Shown here piece by piece: positions 10,016-18,456 of a DNA stretch of 32,000 nt. Source of the stretch: Candidatus Blochmanniella floridana (GTDB lineage Bacteria; Pseudomonadota; Gammaproteobacteria; Enterobacterales; Enterobacteriaceae); contig BX248583.1 in assembly GCA_000043285.1 (NCBI GenBank), forward strand, positions 390,001-422,000. Reading direction: 5' to 3'. Numbering within the stretch: the first letter of the stretch is position 1; every line of letters begins with the position of its first letter. The position numbers and the translations under genes were made by a program. The notes below the pieces were generated by a model. The model made no database searches. It worked only from the letters and a program-made list of their open reading frames with translations, and had not been told where the DNA came from.

Positions 10016-11247
10016 TTTTATATCCGATAAAAAAAATTAGATTAGATTTTCCTATATTAAGTACGTTAATGAATTCTTATCCATTAGCTTATTTAGACAA
10101 TGCTGCAACTACTCAAAAACCTAATATTGTTATTGATTCACAATCATATTATTATAAAAATGAATGTTCTGCTGCTCATCGTAGCGTTCATAGTTTAAGC
10201 TCCATATCAACTAATCATATAGAAACTGTCCGAACATATATAGCTAAATTTATTAATACATCTATACCAGAAGAAATAATTTTTGTTAAAGGAGTAACGG
10301 ACGCTATCAATTTCATTGCCAATAGCTGGGGACGTAATTTCATAAATTATGGTGATAATATTCTAATAAGCGCAATGGAACATCATGCTAATATTTTACC
10401 ATGGCAAAACTTAGCAAAAGAAAAAAAAATTGAATTAAATTATATTCCTTTATTACCTGATGGTTCATTAAATTTATCTAAATTATCAGAATTAATTAAC
10501 CGTCGTACCAAATTATTATCCATTTCTCATATATCAAACGTATTAGGAATAATTAATCCTTTAACTGAAATAATTGATATTGTACGTACTAAAAGCAATG
10601 CAAGAATACTGATAGATGGAGCACAGGGAATTGCTCATCAAAAAGTAGATGTACAGAAATTAGATTGTGATTTTTATGTATTTTCAGGACATAAAATATA
10701 TGCTACTTATGGAGTTGGAATAATGTATGGAAAATATGAGTTACTCAATACTATGGATCCATGGGTAGTAGGAGGAGGAATCGTAAAAAATGTTAGTTTA
10801 ACTCAAGAACCAACCTTTGTAGATATCCCTTGGAAATTTGAACCAGGTTCTCCTGATGTTAGTGGAATCGTAGCTTTAGGTAATGCTGTTAAATATATCA
10901 ATACCATCGGTATAAAAAATATTTACAATTATGAAAATCAACTTATATCTTATGCAATAAATACTTTAAAACAACAAAATTTACATCTAACATTGTACGG
11001 TTCTGATTGTAATAAATCTAGTATAATTGCTTTCAATTTAAAATCGTATGATTCATATGACGTAGGAATGTTACTAAATCAATATGGAGTTGCTATACGT
11101 ACAGGACATCACTGCGCAATACCATTAATGAATCATTTTCAAGTTCCAGGAATGTGTCGAGCATCTATTGCTATGTATACTAATAAAGATGATATTGATC
11201 AATTTATTCATGGATTAAATCAAATAAAACATCTATTCCATGCATAA
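10012..11247 (+). CDS. sufS: Cysteine desulfurase SufS (PLP-dependent, group II)
   Basis: 411 aa collinear with E. coli SufS (DFP.L...N..PLAYLD.AA..QKP, MEHHANI.PWQ, DCDFYVFSGHK.Y, RTGHHCA.PLM, MCRAS.AMY). ATGA start/stop overlap with sufD. Confidence 0.95.
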   Translation: MILYPIKKIRLDFPILSTLMNSYPLAYLDNAATTQKPNIVIDSQSYYYKNECSAAHRSVHSLSSISTNHIETVRTYIAKFINTSIPEEIIFVKGVTDAINFIANSWGRNFINYGDNILISAMEHHANILPWQNLAKEKKIELNYIPLLPDGSLNLSKLSELINRRTKLLSISHISNVLGIINPLTEIIDIVRTKSNARILIDGAQGIAHQKVDVQKLDCDFYVFSGHKIYATYGVGIMYGKYELLNTMDPWVVGGGIVKNVSLTQEPTFVDIPWKFEPGSPDVSGIVALGNAVKYINTIGIKNIYNYENQLISYAINTLKQQNLHLTLYGSDCNKSSIIAFNLKSYDSYDVGMLLNQYGVAIRTGHHCAIPLMNHFQVPGMCRASIAMYTNKDDIDQFIHGLNQIKHLFHA

Positions 11248-11290
11248 TTATGATATATAATAATTATATTATTTTATTAAAAAATTAAAA

Positions 11291-11722
11291 ATGTTTCCTA
11301 CAAAAGAACAATTATTAAAAAATTTTTTCAGTTGCATGACTTGGGAAGAAAAATACCTATATATTATAGATCTTGGTAAATTATTACCAAGGTTTCCAGA
11401 AGATTTTCGAACTCAACAATATTTAGTATCTGGATGCCAAAGTCGCACATGGATTACTATAACTAATTATTCACACTATAATTCATCTAATAATGATTTT
11501 TTAGATTTTTATGGTGATAGTGACTCTACTATTATAAAAGGGGTTATTACGATAATTTTCAGTTTGTACCAAAATTTAAATATAAAATCAATCGTTAAGC
11601 TCGATGTATATAATTTCTTAAATCAGCTAAAGTTAAATCAACACGTAACTATCACTCGTGTACAAGGCATTTATTCCATAATTAATACTATTAAAATGCA
11701 AATTAATAATATAATTCCATAA
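11291..11722 (+). CDS. sufE: Cysteine desulfuration protein SufE
   Basis: 143 aa with the SufE active-site context (YLVSGCQSRTWI, cf. E. coli ...GCQSQVWI). Last gene of the suf cluster. Confidence 0.9.
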   Translation: MFPTKEQLLKNFFSCMTWEEKYLYIIDLGKLLPRFPEDFRTQQYLVSGCQSRTWITITNYSHYNSSNNDFLDFYGDSDSTIIKGVITIIFSLYQNLNIKSIVKLDVYNFLNQLKLNQHVTITRVQGIYSIINTIKMQINNIIP

Positions 11723-11736
11723 GTTCATAAAATAAA

Positions 11737-11804
11737 TAGAATCTAACACAATACTCCCGCCACTCAATATTTATTGAGTGGCGGGAGTATTGTGTTAGAT
11801 TCTA
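11737..11804. terminator. 68-nt palindrome (33-bp perfect arms, 2-nt TT centre) between convergent sufE and lpp. Probable intrinsic terminator, with the U-tract on the lpp (minus) side.
   Basis: 11737-11769 (TAGAATCTAACACAATACTCCCGCCACTCAATA) is the exact reverse complement of 11772-11804. The core is GC-rich (CTCCCGCCACTC). On the minus strand the stem is followed by ATTTATTTTATG. On the plus strand an A-run follows instead. Confidence 0.75.
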
Positions 11805-11821
11805 AAAATAAATATTATATT

Positions 11822-12058
11822 CTATTTTTTATAAATAGATATCTGATTATCCAGTCGTTTATTAGCTCTATTTGCTTCGTTTTTAATTTGTTCAATTGCA
11901 GGATTGAGTACATTTATATTTTCATTTACTTGATCAATTTTTCTATTTAACTTCTGTATTTCAGAAGACAATTCTGTTATTTGAGAAGTACTAGCACAAC
12001 CTATTAATATTAATGAACTGATAGTTAGCGTAAAACATATTAACTTTCTAAAATTCAT
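11822..12058 (-). CDS. lpp: Major outer membrane (Braun) lipoprotein Lpp
   Basis: 78 aa, MNFRKLICFTLTISSLILIGC with lipobox L-I-G-C. Coiled-coil body collinear with E. coli Lpp (..I..LSS.....N.K.DQ......ANRANKRLDN...YKK) and a C-terminal Lys. GGAG Shine-Dalgarno 8 nt before the ATG at 12058, so the ORF-track start at 12079 is rejected. Confidence 0.92.
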   Translation of the reverse strand: MNFRKLICFTLTISSLILIGCASTSQITELSSEIQKLNRKIDQVNENINVLNPAIEQIKNEANRANKRLDNQISIYKK

Positions 12059-12184
12059 ATTAAATTCTCCAATATACAATCACATGATTGATAAATTAAT
12101 TTAACAACATTAAATTAATTTGTAAGTTATAAAATTATTGTACAATATTGATTAATAATCACTTAATTACTAATTCATAATAAA

Positions 12185-12258
12185 TGCGTTCTAATGGACT
12201 CGAACCATCGACCTCTACCATGTCACGGTAGCACTCTAACCAACTGAGCTAAGAACGC
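12185..12258 (-). tRNA. tRNA-Val (anticodon GAC), with no encoded 3' CCA
   Basis: The reverse complement folds by hand into a cloverleaf. Acceptor GCGTTCT/AGAACGC, D arm GCTC-AGTTGGTTA-GAGT, anticodon stem CTACC/GGTAG with loop GTGACAT, T arm GATGG-TTCGAGT-CCATT, discriminator A. Very similar to remembered E. coli valV/valW, which sit in the same lpp-ribC neighbourhood. Confidence 0.9.
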
Positions 12259-12613
12259 ATATACAACAATTATATCCTGATTTTAATTATATTGTATATC
12301 ATTATTCATAGTAATATCTAAAATCATAAGTATTTGATATCCGTTAAGTTAGATAGAATTTTTATTTTAAAAACATATATTACACATATATTATAATTTT
12401 AAATCAATTTTATTAATATTAGAAATATATATTATAACATATTTAAATACACTTATTATCTAATATTATTTTAAAATAATTCATAATGTTAATAGCAGAT
12501 ATGTATTCATATAAATTAAGATATAAAATATTAATAAAATTATGATCTTTTACATAACAATCTGTTACACTACATGAAAATATAATGATCATAGTGTAAA
12601 AATAATAAAAAAT

Positions 12614-13222
12614 ATGTTTTCAGGTATTATACAGGCTGTTGTTCCTGTACATACAATTTACGAAGAACTTAATTTCAAAACATATGTGGTTATTTTTCCT
12701 CAACATTTATTATCCAATATAAAGATTGGTTCTTCTATATCTAATAACGGATGTTGTTTAACAGTAATTACCATTCAACATAATTATGTTAGTTTTAATC
12801 TAATACATGAGACATTGAAATTAACCAACATGGGTATATTACAAGCAGGAGATTTAATTAATGTAGAAGAACCAATTAAGTACCATAAAAAAATTGAAGG
12901 CCATTTAATGACTGGACATATTGATTGTACAGGAGAAATTAAAAAAATAATACATTATAAAAAAAACAAAACAATATGGATTAAAATGAAGAACAAATAT
13001 TATCAAAAATATATTATACAAAAAGGATCTATTGGGATAGACGGAGTAAGCTTAACCATCAATAAAGTATTAGGTATTTATATACGCATTTGTTTAATTC
13101 CATACACTATAAAAAAAACTACTTTAGGAACAAGGAAAATTGGTGATATAGTGAATATTGAAATCGATTTTTTTGTAAAGACCATTACAAATACAGTAGA
13201 GAGAATATTATCAAATATTTAA
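12614..13222 (+). CDS. ribC: Riboflavin synthase (alpha chain)
   Basis: 202 aa, MFSGIIQ....V, NGCCLTV, H.MTGHI, KGSIGIDGVSLT.N and IPYT...TTLG. The internal two-fold repeat is typical of riboflavin synthase. The gene is called ribC in E. coli and ribE in other nomenclatures. Confidence 0.93.
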   Translation: MFSGIIQAVVPVHTIYEELNFKTYVVIFPQHLLSNIKIGSSISNNGCCLTVITIQHNYVSFNLIHETLKLTNMGILQAGDLINVEEPIKYHKKIEGHLMTGHIDCTGEIKKIIHYKKNKTIWIKMKNKYYQKYIIQKGSIGIDGVSLTINKVLGIYIRICLIPYTIKKTTLGTRKIGDIVNIEIDFFVKTITNTVERILSNI

Positions 13223-13358
13223 ATTAAATCAAAAATAATACTTTCAAACATAAACCTTAATGTATATACTTTATTTTACATACATTAATTTACCACAGTG
13301 CAAATATTAAATTTCTATATAGTTTAAGTTATATAAATATCATAAGGACTGATCTATT

Positions 13359-13694
13359 ATGAGCAATAATACAGTAGAAAAAATTAAAAAACAAATTCAA
13401 GCAAATCCTATTCTTTTATACATGAAAGGTACTCCTGATTCCGCTAAATGTGGTTTCTCAGCAAAAAGTGCCCAAATATTACATCTTTATGTAAAATCCT
13501 TTTATTATATAGATGTTTTAATTGACACTGATATTCGATCCGTTTTACCTACTTTCTCTAATTGGCCTACATTTCCACAATTATGGTTAGAAGGAAAATT
13601 AATAGGAGGTTGTGATATTATAATGGATATGCACCAAAATGGAACCTTAAAACAAGCCATCGACCCAATTAAATTAAAATATAATTTAAATTAA
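13359..13694 (+). CDS. grxD: Monothiol glutaredoxin Grx4
   Basis: 111 aa, IEKI..QI..NPILLYMKG.P....CGFSA, NWPTFPQLW..G.L.GGCDI. The CGFS active site matches E. coli GrxD. Confidence 0.95.
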   Translation: MSNNTVEKIKKQIQANPILLYMKGTPDSAKCGFSAKSAQILHLYVKSFYYIDVLIDTDIRSVLPTFSNWPTFPQLWLEGKLIGGCDIIMDMHQNGTLKQAIDPIKLKYNLN

Positions 13695-13704
13695 CAATGT
13701 ATAT

Positions 13705-14376
13705 TTATTTATGATAACCTTCGTTGTTTGTAATCAACGAAGGTTTCCATGGCCATCCCCCAAGTTTTTTCCAAGCATTAACTAATGTACAAAATAAAAT
13801 AGCAGTTTTTTCAGCATCATATAAAGCAGAATGTGCTTTATTTTTATCAAATATAATTCCTGCATATTCACAAGCTTTAGATAATACAGTCTGCCCAAAT
13901 ACTAATCCACTCAAAGCAGCGGTATCAAATGTAACAAAAGGATGAAATGGATTATCTTGAATATTATTAGTACGTTCTGTTGCTGCCATTAAAAAACTAT
14001 GATCAAAAGAAGCATTATGTGCAACTATAATAGCTTTATTACATTGTTGAGCTTTAATTCCTACATGTACCATTTTGAAAATTTCAACTAATGCTTCTTG
14101 TTCTGTTACCGCAAATCTTAAGGGACTATTAGGATTAATTTTATTTAATGCTAGTGCCTCAGGTTGCAAAATAGCTCCCGGAAACGATTTAATATGGAAA
14201 TGTAACATGTTATCTACGTGTAACCAACCATCTTCGTTCATCTTTAAAGTAATGGTTGCAATTTCTAATAAAGCGTTCGTACTAGCATTTAGTCCTGACG
14301 TTTCAACATCAATGACAACAGGATAAAATCCTCTAAATCTTGCTTTCAGAGTATCAATATTAACTGGATCAATCAT
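13705..14376 (-). CDS. rnt: Ribonuclease T (DEDDh 3'-5' exoribonuclease)
   Basis: 223 aa collinear with E. coli RNase T ([90 protein letters not shown]). It has a C-terminal extension relative to E. coli. Confidence 0.95.
13716..13745. other. Hairpin (11-bp perfect stem AACCTTCGTTG/CAACGAAGGTT, 8-nt loop) at the convergent grxD/rnt junction, lying inside the last codons of rnt
   Basis: 13716-13726 is the exact reverse complement of 13735-13745. It lies 22 nt past the grxD stop and 9 nt before the rnt stop codon. No U-tract follows on either strand, so a classical terminator role is uncertain. Confidence 0.5.
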
Positions 14377-14930
14377 ATGTTATTAATTAATAAATAAATG
14401 GTTTGTAATTATTAATACATAAAGTTATCTGTACCAGAATATACATCAATATTCAAATATTTGTGTATAAAATACTTGAACATAAACTCAAGTGAGACTT
14501 ATAAAAATTAACATTTAATAATAAAATATCATCATTTAAATTCTTTAGATAACAAATATTATCTCTGCTGGATATATCAAATAATATCAAATTTCCAAAA
14601 TATCATAATATAATTATATTTATTTAATAAAAATAAATCTATCTAATTAATTGAAATTATGAATTTATTTTAAAAAAGATTAATAAATCTTATATTTTAA
14701 AATAATTATTCATAATAATAAATATATGTTATAATTATAACTTAATAAAGTTACATCATATATGTAATATAGTCATATGTATAATATCTTACAATGATAA
14801 ATACAATATCGAATCTAATGTAGATTAATGACACATAAATATGATATTATTTGTAATAATATACCCTATTTATATACAACCAGTTTTTATATTATATAAA
14901 AAGTCTGTATTTGCATAAAGGAGAAATAGA

Positions 14931-15365
14931 TTGGAATCATCATTAGGGTCAGATCTGGCCCGACTTGTTAGAATATGGCGCGCTTTAATTGATTACCGAT
15001 TAAAACCATTGAAACTTACACAAACACATTGGATTACGCTACATAATATCTATCAATTACCTCCCGATCAATCACAAATTCAATTAGCAAAAGCTATAGG
15101 AATTGAACAACCATCTTTAGTGAGGACATTGGATCAACTTGAATCAAAAGGACTAATTGTGAGAAACATATGCTCTAACGATCGAAGAGCTAAAAGAATT
15201 ACATTAACAGAATTAGCTAAACCTGTCATTAATCAAGTAAATCAAGTTATTAATGTTACACGAAATGAAGTGTTTTACGGATTACGTGTCGAAGAAATAC
15301 AACAATTAAATAATATTATTGCTAAATTAGAACGCAATATAATAAATTTATATAACAAAACATAA
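14931..15365 (+). CDS. slyA: MarR-family transcriptional regulator SlyA, TTG start
   Basis: 144 aa. The N-terminal ~76 aa are almost identical to remembered E. coli SlyA ([68 protein letters not shown]). AAGGAG Shine-Dalgarno 8 nt upstream of the TTG. As far as I recall, E. coli slyA also initiates at UUG. Confidence 0.93.
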   Translation: MESSLGSDLARLVRIWRALIDYRLKPLKLTQTHWITLHNIYQLPPDQSQIQLAKAIGIEQPSLVRTLDQLESKGLIVRNICSNDRRAKRITLTELAKPVINQVNQVINVTRNEVFYGLRVEEIQQLNNIIAKLERNIINLYNKT

Positions 15366-15627
15366 CTCACTTTTAAAAATTCATAATGAATTCATTCACT
15401 TTAAAAATTAATTACAATTAACATTATCAATACACATCTAAAATTATAATATTCTAAAAAATTTATATTTAATTATTATTTAACACATACATCATATATA
15501 ATATATAAATTATGTAAAATATTAAATTAAAAATTTTACAAAATAACGGCATAAAAACGGTATTTATCTTGTATTGTTTTTACAGAATAATTTATGATAT
15601 AGTGATAGATAAAAACTTATTATTATT

Positions 15628-16272
15628 ATGCTTGAATTATCTAAAATTCATAATTTAAGAAGAGAATATATATCAAAACAATTTCGTCGATCAAATTTAA
15701 CTAAAAACCCTATGCATCTTTTTTCAAAATGGTTATATGAAGCCTATTGTCAAATACCTGATCCTAATGCTATGTGCCTATCAACTGTAGATCATACAGG
15801 ACAACCATTTCAAAGACTAGTTCTATTAAAATATTTCAATGATAAAACAATAGTATTTTTCACTCATTTAAACAGCCGAAAGGCTATACATATCAATAAT
15901 AATCCCAAAATTAGTCTATGTTTTCCATGGAACATTATAAATCGTCAAATTATTATCACTGGAAGTGTTTATAAAATCTCTAAAAAAGAAGCGCAAAAAT
16001 ATTTTTATACAAGACCTAAAAATAATCAAATTAGCACATGGGCATCAAAACAATCTACCATTATTTCATCTAAAAAAGTATTAAAAAATAAATTTTTGAA
16101 ATTAAAAAAAAAATATTTTCAAAAATCTGTACCATTTCCACATTTTTGGGTGGGATATAAAATAAATATTAATAGTATGGAATTTTGGCAAGGAGGAATA
16201 TATAGATTACATGATCGTTTTTTATATAAAAAAAACAAAAAAAAATGGTATATCAATCGATTATCTCCTTAA
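15628..16272 (+). CDS. pdxH: Pyridoxamine/pyridoxine 5'-phosphate oxidase
   Basis: 214 aa with LRREY, QR.VLLK, F.T...SRKA..I..NP..SL.FPW, FWVGY....... EFWQGG..RLHDRFLY. Collinear with E. coli PdxH and upstream of tyrS as in E. coli. Confidence 0.94.
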   Translation: MLELSKIHNLRREYISKQFRRSNLTKNPMHLFSKWLYEAYCQIPDPNAMCLSTVDHTGQPFQRLVLLKYFNDKTIVFFTHLNSRKAIHINNNPKISLCFPWNIINRQIIITGSVYKISKKEAQKYFYTRPKNNQISTWASKQSTIISSKKVLKNKFLKLKKKYFQKSVPFPHFWVGYKININSMEFWQGGIYRLHDRFLYKKNKKKWYINRLSP

Positions 16273-16391
16273 AATAATTACTAATTATTACATTTAACAC
16301 AATAAATTATAATATATTGATATACAATCCAATATATTATATATTACAAAAGATGCTGATTATGTTAATAATATAAAATAGATGCATTACT

Positions 16392-17684
16392 ATGAAATAT
16401 AATAACTCAATTCATATGATTGATAATATTATTGATTATTTATATGAACGCGGTTCAATCGCTCAAATTACTGATCGAAAAAAATTAAACGCAGTATTAA
16501 ACTCACAACCAATCACCTTATACTGTGGATTTGATCCAACAGCCGATAGTTTACATATAGGACATTTAGCCCCTTTGTTATGTTTAAAACGATTTCAAAA
16601 AGCAGGACATCGTCCACTAATTTTATTAGGAGGAGCAACTGGTTTAATTGGAGATCCTAGTTTTAAAGATTCAGAGCGTAAACTTCAATCATTTAACACA
16701 ACACAAAAATGGATAAAAAAAATAAAATTGCAAATTGCTTTATTTATTGATTGTAATAGTAATAATGCATCACAAGCACATATTATCGATAATTATTCAT
16801 GGTTTTCTTCTATGAATATCTTAACTTTTTTAAGAGATATAGGAAAATTTTTTTCTATCAATAAAATGATTAATAAAGATATTATAAAAAAAAGATTAAA
16901 AAATGATAATTATGGAATTTCTTATACTGAATTTTCATATAATTTAATGCAAAGTTATGATTTCGCACATATATATAAACATTATGATGCAATATTACAA
17001 ATTGGAGGATCAGATCAATGGGGTAATATTATATCAGGAATTGACTTGATTAAACGCATGTATAAAAAAAATGCTTATGGATTAACAGTACCGTTACTAA
17101 CTAATTTTAATAACATAAAGTTTGGAAAAACAGAAAAAAATACAATATGGTTAGATCCTGAAAAAACTAGCCCTTATCAATTTTATCAATACTGGATAAA
17201 TATTGATGATAAAAGTGCATATCACTTTCTAAAGATTTTTACTGATATCTCTGTACAAGATATAAATTCATTTAAAAATAGAGATCATAGTTATTCACAA
17301 GCTCAATATATATTAGCAGAAAATATGACACAATTAGTACATGGAAAAAGGGGATTAAATATAGCACAACGTATTAGTCAAAATCTATTTTCTTATAACA
17401 TATTAAAATTAACATTAAATGATTTTCATCAATTAATTCAAGATGGCATTCCAAACATAATATTAGAAACAAATACTTCATTACAAGAAGCATTAACAAA
17501 ATCAAAATTAGCAACATCTCGATCGCAAGCTCGATATTTTATTAAATCTAATGCAATAACTATAAATGCACATAAACAATCAAAAATAGAATATATTTTT
17601 CAAGATTCAGATCGAATATATAATCTGTATACTTTATTAAAAAGAGGTAAAAAAAACTATTGCCTTATTCAATGGAACATATAA
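16392..17684 (+). CDS. tyrS: Tyrosine--tRNA ligase
   Basis: 430 aa with the HIGH motif (LHIGHL) and KMSKS-type KFGKT. GGATGLIGDPSFK, IGGSDQWGNI.SGIDL and the C-terminal S4-like domain ...LLKRGKKNYCLI.W match E. coli TyrRS. The start could alternatively be the ATG at 16413. Confidence 0.95.
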   Translation: MKYNNSIHMIDNIIDYLYERGSIAQITDRKKLNAVLNSQPITLYCGFDPTADSLHIGHLAPLLCLKRFQKAGHRPLILLGGATGLIGDPSFKDSERKLQSFNTTQKWIKKIKLQIALFIDCNSNNASQAHIIDNYSWFSSMNILTFLRDIGKFFSINKMINKDIIKKRLKNDNYGISYTEFSYNLMQSYDFAHIYKHYDAILQIGGSDQWGNIISGIDLIKRMYKKNAYGLTVPLLTNFNNIKFGKTEKNTIWLDPEKTSPYQFYQYWINIDDKSAYHFLKIFTDISVQDINSFKNRDHSYSQAQYILAENMTQLVHGKRGLNIAQRISQNLFSYNILKLTLNDFHQLIQDGIPNIILETNTSLQEALTKSKLATSRSQARYFIKSNAITINAHKQSKIEYIFQDSDRIYNLYTLLKRGKKNYCLIQWNI

Positions 17685-17742
17685 GTATTGATAATGGATT
17701 GTTTATATAAACAATCCATTATCAATACTTATATGTTCCATT
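17671..17742. terminator. 72-nt perfect palindrome (36-bp arms, no spacer) spanning the stop codons and last codons of both tyrS (+) and nth (-). The U-tract is on the plus (tyrS) side.
   Basis: 17671-17706 (AATGGAACATATAAGTATTGATAATGGATTGTTTAT) is the exact reverse complement of 17707-17742. TTTT follows at 17743-17746. The tyrS stop is at 17682-17684 and the nth stop at 17729-17731, both inside the arms. Confidence 0.8.
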
Positions 17743-18370
17743 TTTTATCAAATTCACATAAATCATTAATAATACAGTTATTACAATCTGGATTTTTAGA
17801 TTTACAAGTATAACGACCATGTTTTACTAACCATCGATGGCAATTTCTTTTAAATTCTCTTGGAACTACTGACATTAACTTTCGCTCTACAGCAATAACG
17901 TTATGACCAGAAGCGAAACAACTACGATTACAAAATCGGAATACATGAGTATCTACTGCAATAGTAGATAAACCAAAACAAACATTTAAAATAATATTAG
18001 CAGTTTTTCTACCTATTCCAGGTAAAGACTCCAATTCTAATCGTTTTTTTGGTACAATACCATTGTATTGATTTATTAACAAATTGCAAATCTTAATAAG
18101 ATTTTCGGATTTTGAATTAAATAATCCAATACATTTAATATGCTGTTTAACACCATCTACACCTAAATTCAACATAGACTGAGGAGTATTAGCAATCTTA
18201 AATAAATTCTTAGTAATTTTATTAACTTGAACATCTCGAGCCTGAGCTGATAACAACGTTGCAACAAGGCACTCAAACACAGAATGATAAACCAAATCAT
18301 CTTGATCATGCATATCATAATTATAATTTTTCAATCTACATAAAATCTGATAACGCTTCAAATTATTCAT
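17729..18370 (-). CDS. nth: Endonuclease III (DNA glycosylase/AP lyase)
   Basis: 213 aa with the HhH-GPD motif LPGIGRKTANIILN, IAVDTH.FR and the 4Fe-4S ligand pattern C-x6-C-x2-C-x5-C (CKSKNPDCNNCIINDLC). Collinear with E. coli Nth. Confidence 0.95.
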   Translation of the reverse strand: MNNLKRYQILCRLKNYNYDMHDQDDLVYHSVFECLVATLLSAQARDVQVNKITKNLFKIANTPQSMLNLGVDGVKQHIKCIGLFNSKSENLIKICNLLINQYNGIVPKKRLELESLPGIGRKTANIILNVCFGLSTIAVDTHVFRFCNRSCFASGHNVIAVERKLMSVVPREFKRNCHRWLVKHGRYTCKSKNPDCNNCIINDLCEFDKKWNI

Positions 18371-18456
18371 ACTATAACATGTATTAATTTAATATTTATA
18401 TGAACGTTAATAATATTAAACAACAACTAAATTATCTTAAATAAAAATCATTATAC

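Noticed and set aside
14377-14930. Search of the rnt-slyA spacer for a SlyA box (TTAGCAAGCTAA-like), a hidden small gene or a structured RNA
   Set aside because: I found only weak AT-rich half-palindromes (for example AGATAA-N6-TTATCT near 14547-14564) and no G/C-supported stems or ORFs. Nothing is supportable by eye.
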